Below are positions 37,635-46,639 of a DNA stretch of 64,000 nt, one piece after another (position 1 is the stretch's first letter; every line of letters begins with the position of its first letter). The position numbers were made by a program, and so were the translations under genes. Below the pieces are notes generated by a model. That model did no database searches, was not told where the DNA came from, and worked only from the letters and a program-made list of their open reading frames with translations. The stretch lies in the NCBI GenBank assembly GCA_964563715.1, contig CAZLXA010000001.1, forward strand, positions 33,613 through 97,612, written 5' to 3'. The DNA is from an uncultured Candidatus Saccharibacteria bacterium. Lineage in GTDB: Bacteria; Patescibacteriota; Minisyncoccia; Phycocordibacterales; UBA9973.

Positions 37635-38381
37635 ATGTCAGCTTTATGGAATAGTATTTTCTACCAACCAATATATAATATTTTAATTTTTATTATAGAC
37701 AACATCACTTTTGGGGATGTTGGTTTTGCTATTATTATCGTTACTATTATTGTTAAATTAATCCTCTCCCCCCTAACCCGCAAATCTATTAAAAGCCAGA
37801 TTTTAATGAAAAGGATGGAGCCAGAGCTTAAGCAGATTAAAAAAGATTTTCCCAACAAAGAAGAACAAGCCAAAAAAACATTTGAAATTTATAAAAAATA
37901 TGGAACAAACCCATTTTCTGGTTGTTTAGTTGTTTTACTACAACTACCAGTTATTTTTGCTTTGTATTATGTTTTTTATAAGCCATTCGCAGTTGATATG
38001 AGTTTAATATATAGCTTCATTCAAGCTCCAGCGACCCTACACACCAATTTCTTGGGTCTAATAGAAATGGGTAGCCAAAGTATTTTTCTGGGCTTAATGG
38101 CCGGCGTGACCCAGTTTATCCAAGGCTATTTGTCAACTCCAATGAAAACGAAAGATAAAATTGAAATTGTTGGGAAAAATAATGTTGATGAACCAAAAAC
38201 TTTTCAAGAACAGCTTTCAGATAGTATGCAAATGAATGTTAGATATGTTTTACCTATCTTTATTGCTTTTATTGCTTGGAAGATATCGGCGGCGGTTGCA
38301 TTATATTGGATTGTGAGTAATATATTTACTATCGCCCAAGAGTGGTATATACGTCGAAAATTGTCCAATAATGTCATTTAA
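37635..38381 (+). CDS. yidC: Membrane protein insertase YidC (short Gram-positive/CPR-type)
   Basis: 248 aa, 5 TM helices; conserved IYQPIYNIL and LSPLTRKS..Q..M..M.P....IKKD region. Confidence 0.8.
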   Translation: MSALWNSIFYQPIYNILIFIIDNITFGDVGFAIIIVTIIVKLILSPLTRKSIKSQILMKRMEPELKQIKKDFPNKEEQAKKTFEIYKKYGTNPFSGCLVVLLQLPVIFALYYVFYKPFAVDMSLIYSFIQAPATLHTNFLGLIEMGSQSIFLGLMAGVTQFIQGYLSTPMKTKDKIEIVGKNNVDEPKTFQEQLSDSMQMNVRYVLPIFIAFIAWKISAAVALYWIVSNIFTIAQEWYIRRKLSNNVI

Positions 38382-38386
38382 ACTGT

Positions 38387-38851
38387 ATGCATAAAGATAA
38401 AATAAAAGAAGCCATAGAGCAAATATTTAAACATACTGCCTGCACCATCACGAAGTGTGATTTTTCTGAAGAAGGAAATATTCTTTGGTGTAGTATTGAA
38501 ACACCTGATTCTCATTTTATTATTGGCCGAGATGGTGAAACACTGAGGTCACTAAATCATATTGTTCAGAGAATTGTTGAGAAAGGAATTGTTGAAGAAG
38601 AAAAAGGGCCAAGTTTATTTATTGATGTGAACGGTTATCAAAAAAAGCGTTTTGAAAATTTAAAAAATATTGCTCACATGATGGCTGAAAGGGCTCGTTA
38701 TTTTAAAAGTAATATTGAAGTAGACCCTATGCCCTCTTATGAAAGACGCATTATTCATATGTTTTTAGAAGGAGATAAAAACATTAAAACTGAATCAGAA
38801 GGTTATGGGCCAAATCGAAGAGTGGTGATTAAGTATGTTGAGAATAATTAA
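38387..38851 (+). CDS. khpB: Jag/KhpB RNA-binding protein (KH plus R3H domains)
   Basis: C-terminal R3H motif MPSYERRIIHMFLEGDKNIKTESEGYGPNRRVVIKY, downstream of yidC. Confidence 0.8.
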   Translation: MHKDKIKEAIEQIFKHTACTITKCDFSEEGNILWCSIETPDSHFIIGRDGETLRSLNHIVQRIVEKGIVEEEKGPSLFIDVNGYQKKRFENLKNIAHMMAERARYFKSNIEVDPMPSYERRIIHMFLEGDKNIKTESEGYGPNRRVVIKYVENN

Positions 38852-38852
38852 A

Positions 38853-38951
38853 AATTACGAATTACGAATTACGAATTAAAAAAATACTTGAAACGAAGTT
38901 TCAAGTATTTTTTGTTTCACATCCGTAATTCGTAATTATTAATTCGTAATT
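38853..38951. repeat. Inverted pair of AATTACGAATT-type repeats around a bidirectional terminator hairpin (38878-38914)
   Basis: AAATTACGAATTACGAATTACGAATT ... hairpin ATACTTGAAAC-GAA-GTTTCAAGTAT ... CCGTAATTCGTAATTATTAATTCGTAATTAAT. Confidence 0.65.
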
Positions 38952-40452
38952 AATTTAGGTCCAAACTCCACAATGTTGAGTCTTTTTTATTAGTGAAGAA
39001 TAAGGTATTTTCTGTTTTATCTAAGAATAGATAAGTTCCGTCAACTGGTGTTTCGGTTGTTGAATTAGCCAATGTTGTTTTATTACCAGTCCCAGTATTT
39101 ATTTTTACAAAATAATCATCAAAAGAAACAATTCCTTGATACCAAATATCTGGATATTGATTTCCAGTTATAACACTTGGGATGGCACAATAAATACTAA
39201 TACGGTCAGATGACCAAACACATTTTTCTGGCAAACCATAAGTATCTAAATCTTTGGTGGTATTTGTACTTATATTATAAACACCAAGGCGAGGGCCAGT
39301 TGGGGTCGAAGTGTTATATAAAACCATAGAACCATTTGGGTTAATCATTGTTGTTAGGCCATCTATCCCCCCAAGAATTTTAGTCGTAGTTTTGTTTATT
39401 TGATTTAATGAAAACATACTGCCCTCAACACTATAAGATGGTTTGGTTGTTAAATATATTTTACCAACACTATCCCACTCAGAGAGCCATTCAGTAAAAG
39501 GAGAAGTAAATACTATATCCCTTTTTGTCTCCCCAAATATTCCAACTGTTCCTGTGACGCCACTACTATTTTCTGTTAGATAAAAATATTTTGTTTTATC
39601 AGGAGAAACACTAATGTTTGAAATATTTTGCGGCAAGAATTCTCCTTTTGGTGCACCAAGCGAAGCTACAAAACTACTAATAAGATTATCACTTGAAAGA
39701 TATCTGTAAATAACTGTCTCACCTCCCCTATTAAATAAAGCTTCATAGATACTTGGGATAGTTGAATTAGAAATTTTGTCTTTGTTCTTGGTGTCTAAAA
39801 ACATTTTATAAATGTGACCATTCATTCTCTCAACATAACGGATAGAAGGAGCAGTTTCGAACTGACTTTTTTCTGGACTATCACCAACTTTTGTAGTTTT
39901 TAAGAAAAAAGGAGCAGTTTCAGTATCGATTTGACCTGTTTCTGTAAGATTATTTAATTTTTGAAAATCTTTGATTGCTTGGATTGATTTTTTGCCTAAA
40001 TTTCCATCGGCCACAAGTGGTGGATTAAGAGAAAGACTTTGATTTAAAAAGATTTGAATATCTTTTTTCCCTTCTTTAGTTGTTGAATCTATGACTGTTG
40101 TAATTTCTGTGGGGGCTGGAGTTTCGGTTGTTGTTTCTATTGGTCTTGTATCTTCTAAAAAGGTGGCACCAGCGATAGCAAAGTCGGTAATCTTAGTGAA
40201 ACGTGAATATGTTGATATTATGTTGCCAGGCTCTTGGTTAACAATATTACCGTCACCATTTGTATTATTTGGGTCGAGTTCCCCGTTGTTATTAATACCA
40301 CCAGTACCAAAAGGATTAAAACTTTGATACCAAGGACTTGTGCCATCTGGACTCGTTGTTTTGTCTTTATTAATCCAAAAATAAACTCCGAGGATAATTA
40401 TTCCGGTGGTGATAAAAACTGTTATAAAAAGAATGATTGTTTTTTTTGACAT
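38950..40452 (-). CDS. Membrane-anchored protein with a peptidoglycan-binding (PG_binding_1-like) domain and a C-terminal beta-rich domain; first gene (3'-most) of the T4SS-like locus
   Basis: TM IILFITVFITTGIIILGVYFW, Pro/Thr linker, LVADGNLGKKSIQAIKDFQKLNNLTETGQIDTETA. The track ORF extends to 40542, but the internal start MSKKT (40452) avoids an 86-nt overlap with the upstream gene. Confidence 0.55.
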   Translation of the reverse strand: MSKKTIILFITVFITTGIIILGVYFWINKDKTTSPDGTSPWYQSFNPFGTGGINNNGELDPNNTNGDGNIVNQEPGNIISTYSRFTKITDFAIAGATFLEDTRPIETTTETPAPTEITTVIDSTTKEGKKDIQIFLNQSLSLNPPLVADGNLGKKSIQAIKDFQKLNNLTETGQIDTETAPFFLKTTKVGDSPEKSQFETAPSIRYVERMNGHIYKMFLDTKNKDKISNSTIPSIYEALFNRGGETVIYRYLSSDNLISSFVASLGAPKGEFLPQNISNISVSPDKTKYFYLTENSSGVTGTVGIFGETKRDIVFTSPFTEWLSEWDSVGKIYLTTKPSYSVEGSMFSLNQINKTTTKILGGIDGLTTMINPNGSMVLYNTSTPTGPRLGVYNISTNTTKDLDTYGLPEKCVWSSDRISIYCAIPSVITGNQYPDIWYQGIVSFDDYFVKINTGTGNKTTLANSTTETPVDGTYLFLDKTENTLFFTNKKDSTLWSLDLN

Positions 40453-40456
40453 AAAA

Positions 40457-42115
40457 TTATAGTGAACAATATTTTGGCTCAGGGCAATTTGGATACTTAC
40501 AAGTTTGTTTTCCTCCACCGTACTCAAAATGCCAAGCCTCAAAATTTAACCTTTGAAAACCCGCCTTATCTAATATTTTTTCTATTTCCCCAGAAGCACG
40601 CGTATTTTTGCAGTTATTTACTTTTTTACCATCAAAATAAAAATAAAAATCAACAGCGGAACCAACCCCATGATTACTTAATGCAGGGTATGCATATTTC
40701 TCTCCTAAACCACCAGGATTTTTGTATATGGAATTACACATTACCCTAATTTGATCTTTTGCTGGCCTATAAACAGAGACAACCTTAAAAGAATAATTTC
40801 TATTTGGTATTGAACCCTGAGCAATAAGGGAATCAATCGCGGGTTTTATTTTTTTTAACCCTAATATTACATTACTAGCAGCTGTACAATTTAAACAACC
40901 AGAATTTTTTTCTACATTCGGTATCTTATCAAAATTTTGAGCCAACGATGGAGACATTACACCCGGAGGAGTGCCTGTATAGTCTTTACCATTATTTGTA
41001 TTAGTGCATAATGCCTTGCAAGTTGTTATATCTGTACATAATTTAGTTGTTCCATTACCACCTCCTGTAGATTTGATTTCTTGCACATCCATTCTTATGA
41101 CCTCTTCTTCTATAGCAGCGCTGACTTGATCAATACGGACTCCCCCATTTAATAAGTCCGGATTGATGGTATTTAGTAATGCATATGAGCCGAGAGCAAT
41201 TAAAAGTCCCAAGATGGCAGCCATTATTTTACTTTTGGCTTCCGTTTTCCCAAAAATTGATTCATCTCCCATGTATTGAATTCCACCGAGGACAATCATA
41301 ATTACAGCTAGAGCTCCACAAAGCCCGATAGCAATCAAAAATATAGTATTAAAATATTCACCAATATTATCTGGAGCAAATTTGAAGTTACCAATCGGTG
41401 CGAGAAGTTCATATACTTCATTACCCCCCGTGCCATTATTTTCTGGGTCAATATCTTGTGGGTCAACTGCGAGTTTGAATCTTTGAGAACTAACAGCTTC
41501 ACCCGCTGGGTTACGAACAGTAATGCTTCCATCAATTGCTCCCATAGGGACTGCAACAGTAAGGGTGTTATCAGTTTTTATTGCGGTAGACATATCTGCA
41601 CTTTTTATTCCAAAAAAGACAGCTGAAGTATTTCCAAGGTTAGCTCCTTTTATTGTTATGTTTTCCCCTATCTTAGCTTCAAGGGGAGAAACACTTGTAA
41701 TTGTCGGCTTGTTTATATCAACAATCATTCCCTCTGGAGTTACATTCACTGATTTTTTAATTTGAGGAGTGGTATTTAAAGTAAAATTAAAAGTATATGT
41801 AATACCCCCAGTTAAAACATTCCCTGAATAATAAACCGAAGCGTGGTCTATGACCGTAATATTTCGTGCAGGGACTACTATATTCTGAAGTTGTAAACCT
41901 TCTACTGTAATCGATGTATTGTCTGGAGTGTATGTAGTTTTTATGTTGAATTTATAACCGAAGAGCTTCCCATCATCACTTTGGGTAGGGATAGGGGTAG
42001 CGATTGTCATAGATGGTGTAGGTCCTACAGCCTCGACTTTTTGTATTTTACTAACAGAAAAAAACGGAGTTAAAATTAATGTTATTAAAAAAAGGTATAC
42101 AAATAATTTTTTCAT
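40457..42115 (-). CDS. Secreted IPT/TIG domain, double-TM pilin-like (VirB2/TrbC-like) segment, and C-terminal M15 (VanY-like) peptidoglycan peptidase in one fusion protein
   Basis: Signal peptide. IPT-like PTITSVSPLEAKIGENITIKGANLG...SITVRNPAGE. Two TM helices IFLIAIGLCGALAVIMIVLGGIQYM / IMAAILGLLIALGSYALL. M15 motifs SNHGVGSAVD (SxHxxGxAxD) and EAWHFEY (ExxH). Confidence 0.6.
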   Translation of the reverse strand: MKKLFVYLFLITLILTPFFSVSKIQKVEAVGPTPSMTIATPIPTQSDDGKLFGYKFNIKTTYTPDNTSITVEGLQLQNIVVPARNITVIDHASVYYSGNVLTGGITYTFNFTLNTTPQIKKSVNVTPEGMIVDINKPTITSVSPLEAKIGENITIKGANLGNTSAVFFGIKSADMSTAIKTDNTLTVAVPMGAIDGSITVRNPAGEAVSSQRFKLAVDPQDIDPENNGTGGNEVYELLAPIGNFKFAPDNIGEYFNTIFLIAIGLCGALAVIMIVLGGIQYMGDESIFGKTEAKSKIMAAILGLLIALGSYALLNTINPDLLNGGVRIDQVSAAIEEEVIRMDVQEIKSTGGGNGTTKLCTDITTCKALCTNTNNGKDYTGTPPGVMSPSLAQNFDKIPNVEKNSGCLNCTAASNVILGLKKIKPAIDSLIAQGSIPNRNYSFKVVSVYRPAKDQIRVMCNSIYKNPGGLGEKYAYPALSNHGVGSAVDFYFYFDGKKVNNCKNTRASGEIEKILDKAGFQRLNFEAWHFEYGGGKQTCKYPNCPEPKYCSL

Positions 42116-42116
42116 A

Positions 42117-43112
42117 TTATAAATTTAATTTTAATTGATTATTAATTTTTTGAAATAATTCATTCATATTTTGTATAACTAAACTTATTGTTGCATATCC
42201 CCCACGTGATGTTGGTCGGACTGTGAGTTCGTTTTTCTTTGAGGGGGTTTGAATATTATTACCATTTATTTTCCAATTATAAGTAAAATTAGTTTCATTG
42301 TTTTTTAAAGTTAAAAAGTATGGTTCAGCAATGAGAGTTACTTCATCTTCAAACATATCAGCTTCTTTTTCTAAAGCTTGATTATAAAGTATTCCTTCAG
42401 TTGGGGATTTTTTATAAAAAACTATTTTAGGACTGTAAGTTGGAATTTGTATTGTTTTTTCAGCCGTATAGCGTCCATCAACAGAAGAAGCAGCAACGGT
42501 AATTTCATTTTTTGTATCAAACATACTGTTTTTAAAAATATATGAATTTTTATTATAGCCGGACGCATCTAAAACTGCACTATTATTGTTTTTCCAATTA
42601 TAAGTAATACTTCCACTACCGGATTTTATAGTATCGGTATTTGGAATTGCTACAGCCTTAATTAAGGAACCACTAGATGGAAGAGATTTACCCTTATAAA
42701 AAGGTGGAGTATAACCATTGACTGATTCCCACATAATTTCGATTTCCGAAGGAGTGATAGCGATTCTTTTATTGATTGTCGTCATTGAACCTACCGGAGT
42801 AATAGTGATATCAAAAATATTAGCCGTATTAGGTCCGGAAGCTTTAAATGAATAACTTGTTTTTCCAATTCCAGAGAGGACAGTATTACCAGATGTTTTC
42901 CAAACTATAATTGCTTTATTTAAATCAGTCGCATAACTAGTCAAAGTTATTGTTACATCTTCATATGGAGCAGGATTATTTGGATTAACCTCAACACTCA
43001 ATTCATTATCTTGAACTTCGATTTGCATCTCAGCTAAAGAATTATACGGCCAATTTAAGATGGTCAAAACAAAAATCAAAACTAGAAAAAATTTTATTTT
43101 TATTAATTTCAC
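42117..43112 (-). CDS. Secreted beta-rich protein, hypothetical
   Basis: Signal peptide MKLIKIKFFLVLIFVLTILNWPYNSLA; 331 aa. Confidence 0.45.
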   Translation of the reverse strand: MKLIKIKFFLVLIFVLTILNWPYNSLAEMQIEVQDNELSVEVNPNNPAPYEDVTITLTSYATDLNKAIIVWKTSGNTVLSGIGKTSYSFKASGPNTANIFDITITPVGSMTTINKRIAITPSEIEIMWESVNGYTPPFYKGKSLPSSGSLIKAVAIPNTDTIKSGSGSITYNWKNNNSAVLDASGYNKNSYIFKNSMFDTKNEITVAASSVDGRYTAEKTIQIPTYSPKIVFYKKSPTEGILYNQALEKEADMFEDEVTLIAEPYFLTLKNNETNFTYNWKINGNNIQTPSKKNELTVRPTSRGGYATISLVIQNMNELFQKINNQLKLNL

Positions 43113-43155
43113 TATGTTTATTATATAATAACTTTCACCTCATAACAACAGGCCT

Positions 43156-44991
43156 TTAACCGTTGTTTGCGGCCAATAATTCCCCTTTGGCTTTTTTAAT
43201 CGCTAAAATTTGTGACGGGTCGGAAGTAATGATTTGATCTTCAGTATAGGAGGCAATAGTCTTAATAGCCACATGCTTTAAGCCAGCAAAGAATATTCCC
43301 TCGCCAACATTAGCTTCGAGTAATAAATATTTTTCTTCCTCAGTCAAATTAAATGTTTTTTGTAAAACATCAACGGTTGAAGGAGATTGTTTTAATAGTA
43401 ACTGAATAGAAGAATTGGTCACGATCGGTATACCATAAGCACTTTTCATGAAGTCACCAACATCTTGAGTAATTGTCGCTAAGCCTAAATAATATTTTCG
43501 GCCTCTTTTTGCAATAGAGTAAAGAAAAGATGCTGTATCTTCGGATTTCATCATCCACCAAGCTTCATCAACAACAAGTAAGCGTTTCTTGATATTTTTA
43601 CGAACGGCATTCCAAATATAATGAGTAATGATATACATAGCAATTGGTTTTAATTCATCTTCCATGTCGCGAACTGAAAATACAATAAACTTACGATTAA
43701 TATCAATATTTGAAGGTTGGTTGAGGAATGAAGACCATGAACCATGAGTATATTTGGTTAGTCTTTGCATTAATGATTCACTTCCCTCCATCCCAGAGAG
43801 AATAACTTCAAAGTCCGATAACATTGGCGGTTCAATATTTCTAAAATCAGAATCAGCGGTAATATCTTTAAGAGCATAAGTTTCAGTAATAGCTGTATCA
43901 ATAATAGAATCCTCTTCAGGAGTTAAGCCTCCCAACATAATTCTAAATAATCCAACTAAGCTAATAGTATTAGAGCGTAAAACATCGGCTGGGGTTTCAT
44001 CGCCTGTTGGAATTGGTAAATCAAATGGATTAATGTGATGGTCCGATGATAGAGCAATATTAAAACATCTTCCACCAATAGCTTCGGCTAAATATTCATA
44101 TTCTCGTTCAGGGTCAATAACAATAACTTCAGTATCAAACATCAAAGTTCGAATAATTTCTAATTTTGTGGCATATGATTTACCAGCTCCGGATGTGGCG
44201 AAAGTAATAGAATTGTAATTTGGAAGTGAAAATCGGTCAAATAAAATAAGACTTGAGTTGTGACGATTTACTCCATAAAGAATTCCTTTATCTTCTGTTA
44301 AGTCAAAAGAAACGAATGGAAAAATACTTGAAAGTGGTTCAGTGTTTAATTTTTGATGAATGCCTAAAATGTCTGTTCCAAGTGGAATGACGCTTTTAAA
44401 GCCTTCATTTTGTTGAAATAGAGCTGGTTTTAGATAAATTAATTTTGATTCGAGTAACGATTTAATTTCATTTTCAATTTTAAATAAATCATTATCATCA
44501 TTAGCATAAACTGTAATATAAAGACCAACATCAAACATTTTTTCTTGGGCTTGCATTAAATTGTCTCGCAAATCCTCTAAATCTTTATAGGCCGTGTCTA
44601 GCATTGGATCACGAACAAGACCTTTTGATTCACGGATAGCAATTTGACTTTGGACTTCAGCCACTTTTTTCTGGAAAGACCTCAATATTTCAGCCGTTTC
44701 AATTGGGTGGATAAAAATAGAAACATCGAAAACTTTATCCAAATTGATAATTGGTGAAAACCAATTATCAGAAAGATAGCGAGGATATGAAATAACAAAA
44801 AATGTTCGGACGATTTTATCTCCCAAGTTAAGTGATTTAGGTGTTATCTGTAAAGCAGACGGAGCAATGATGTCTTGGAGTTCTAGAGTTGCCGCTTTAT
44901 AGACTTCATTCGGCAAAATTGGCATCATGCCACTTCTATTATTAGTGTCATTTGTTTTCCCTTTTCCAAATAATGATGAAAGTATACTCAT
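43156..44991 (-). CDS. VirB4/TrbE/CagE-family T4SS ATPase, C-terminal (ATPase) part
   Basis: Walker A FATSGAGKSYA, Walker B LLVVDEAWWMM (DEAW hallmark), and the DPEREY motif. Confidence 0.75.
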   Translation of the reverse strand: MSILSSLFGKGKTNDTNNRSGMMPILPNEVYKAATLELQDIIAPSALQITPKSLNLGDKIVRTFFVISYPRYLSDNWFSPIINLDKVFDVSIFIHPIETAEILRSFQKKVAEVQSQIAIRESKGLVRDPMLDTAYKDLEDLRDNLMQAQEKMFDVGLYITVYANDDNDLFKIENEIKSLLESKLIYLKPALFQQNEGFKSVIPLGTDILGIHQKLNTEPLSSIFPFVSFDLTEDKGILYGVNRHNSSLILFDRFSLPNYNSITFATSGAGKSYATKLEIIRTLMFDTEVIVIDPEREYEYLAEAIGGRCFNIALSSDHHINPFDLPIPTGDETPADVLRSNTISLVGLFRIMLGGLTPEEDSIIDTAITETYALKDITADSDFRNIEPPMLSDFEVILSGMEGSESLMQRLTKYTHGSWSSFLNQPSNIDINRKFIVFSVRDMEDELKPIAMYIITHYIWNAVRKNIKKRLLVVDEAWWMMKSEDTASFLYSIAKRGRKYYLGLATITQDVGDFMKSAYGIPIVTNSSIQLLLKQSPSTVDVLQKTFNLTEEEKYLLLEANVGEGIFFAGLKHVAIKTIASYTEDQIITSDPSQILAIKKAKGELLAANNG

Positions 44992-45638
44992 TTTAGTTTT
45001 ATACCCTGACTAATATCCCCAGGATTGAATGTTTTATAAAAAAGTTCGACAACTTGGTCAGTAGTTAATTCTGTTGTTCTGATGCCGACTCGTCCTAGAC
45101 CACTGATGATAACTCCAACCCGTTGGTCTAATTGAGTTCTTTTTTCTTCAAATGAAGCTAAATCCATTGCTTTTTTAGTATTTTCAATTTGTTTTTTTTG
45201 CGATCCCCCACCAAGCAAACTATCAACCATACCATCACTTGATTTAATAATTGTTGGACTGTAAGGCACAACAATAAAAAATGTTTTGGTCATAATATTA
45301 ACTTCATCAGTAAAAGATTTAATAAAATCAATATATTCTTTGGTTTGAATTTTTAGAAGTGGTTCAACTTGGGCTTTGAGTCTTTCTTCGAGCGATAAAA
45401 GATAATGTCTAATATCTAAACGGCGAGACTGCATACATATTTGAGTTGGAAAATCGAGTCCATTAATGAAATTTTGAAATTCATTAATAATGGCGGCTTG
45501 TTCATCGGAGGATTTTAAAGATAAATTTAAAGATGAAGCAAGTAATACCGCCCGAAGACCACCGTCTTTTAAAACGATGATACCATTTCGCACTTCTTTA
45601 ATTGGAACGAATTCTTGTGAACTTTTTGCACTAATCAT
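44988..45638 (-). CDS. VirB4-family N-terminal domain encoded as a separate ORF (ATGA stop/start overlap with the ATPase part)
   Basis: IKEVRNGIIVLKDGGLRAVLLASSLNLSLKSSDEQAAIINEFQNFIN resembles the N-terminal region of Gram-positive-type VirB4 homologues; 216 + 611 aa add up to full VirB4 length. Confidence 0.55.
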   Translation of the reverse strand: MISAKSSQEFVPIKEVRNGIIVLKDGGLRAVLLASSLNLSLKSSDEQAAIINEFQNFINGLDFPTQICMQSRRLDIRHYLLSLEERLKAQVEPLLKIQTKEYIDFIKSFTDEVNIMTKTFFIVVPYSPTIIKSSDGMVDSLLGGGSQKKQIENTKKAMDLASFEEKRTQLDQRVGVIISGLGRVGIRTTELTTDQVVELFYKTFNPGDISQGIKLK

Positions 45639-45646
45639 ATGTATAA

Positions 45647-45788
45647 TTAATTACGAATTACGAATTAATGATTACGAATTAAAAACTAATAACATTATAT
45701 CATAATTATGAACACTTTCACCCCTCTTTTTGTTTCTTAGTTTTAAACCCGTCTTTCATTCGTAATCCGTAATTATTAATTCGTAATT
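45647..45788. repeat. Inverted pair of AATTACGAATT-type repeats between VirB4-N and the PrgI-like gene
   Basis: AATTAATTACGAATTACGAATTAATGATTACGAATT (45647-45682) and CATTCGTAATCCGTAATTATTAATTCGTAATT (45757-45788). Confidence 0.65.
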
Positions 45789-45800
45789 GACCAAAACAAG

Positions 45801-46208
45801 TTACTGATTGTTTTGGTCCTTAACATCTAAATTCCAAGACAAATCTTTTAGTTTATTTTCTGTCGTCATTGGGACGATTGAAACAAGAGGCATAGTTATT
45901 TCCTCTTCTTTTTTAACCTCAGGTTTTGCTAATCTTTGTTTCCAGATATAAAGCTTATTTGAAACAAAATAATTTAGTCCAGCCTGGAGGTAGAAAATAA
46001 AAGGTTTTTCATTTATTTTATAAAAAACTAAAGCAAGAGATAGCCCAACTACAGGGAGTATAAAAATAATAGCAAGCCATAAAGGCAGAGCTTTATATAA
46101 AACAAAAGAGGCACCAGCACCGCCTGCTAAATAAGCGAATTGGCGAAAGGTAAAAGGGCCAAATAATTTGTCCTCGATATCAATAAATTGTGGGACTTTA
46201 AATTGCAT
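45801..46208 (-). CDS. PrgI/TcpE/VirB3-like small two-TM T4SS membrane protein
   Basis: MQFKVPQFIDIEDKLFGPFTFRQFAYLAGGAGASFVLYKALPLWLAIIFILPVVGLSLALVFYKINEKP; located immediately upstream of VirB4, as in Gram-positive T4SS operons. Confidence 0.6.
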   Translation of the reverse strand: MQFKVPQFIDIEDKLFGPFTFRQFAYLAGGAGASFVLYKALPLWLAIIFILPVVGLSLALVFYKINEKPFIFYLQAGLNYFVSNKLYIWKQRLAKPEVKKEEEITMPLVSIVPMTTENKLKDLSWNLDVKDQNNQ

Positions 46209-46216
46209 TTGAGAAT

Positions 46217-46247
46217 AATTACGAATTACGAATTAATAATTACGAAT
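46217..46247. repeat. AATTACGAATT-type repeat
   Basis: TAATTACGAATTACGAATTAATAATTACGAATG. Confidence 0.6.
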
Positions 46248-46256
46248 GTGGGATGC

Positions 46257-46607
46257 TTATGATTTTGAAGTTTTTTGAATTGCTCCAATTATTCTTAATA
46301 TTTCTTCACAATCAAATATAAGTGTATCAGATTGTTGCTTGTTTAGAAAACCACTATCTGTTAAAAGGTGTAGCCAGTAAAGAGTCTCCCTTGCTTCTTT
46401 ATAAGAAATACTTATTTTTGAGATAAAATCATTTTTTGATTGTGCCCCAATTGCTTCTTCTATGTTTGCACCAATTGATGTTCCAGAACGAATTAATTGC
46501 TTTGAAAGAATGAATTCTTTTTTGTCTTTAGTTAGTTCCTGATATATTGTTATAATTTTAAGACTAAAATTATAACTTTTTTCCTTAATGATATTATCTG
46601 ATTTCAT
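46257..46607 (-). CDS. Four-helix-bundle protein (TIGR02436 family; the 23S rRNA intervening-sequence protein family)
   Basis: LIRSGTSIGANIEEAIGAQSKNDFISKISISYKEARETLYWLHLL is the family signature. Confidence 0.8.
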   Translation of the reverse strand: MKSDNIIKEKSYNFSLKIITIYQELTKDKKEFILSKQLIRSGTSIGANIEEAIGAQSKNDFISKISISYKEARETLYWLHLLTDSGFLNKQQSDTLIFDCEEILRIIGAIQKTSKS

Positions 46608-46639
46608 TCGTAATTCGTAATTATTAATTCGTAATTACC
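46606..46639. repeat. AATTCGTAATT-type repeat that includes the start codon of the four-helix-bundle gene
   Basis: CATTCGTAATTCGTAATTATTAATTCGTAATTACC. Confidence 0.6.
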
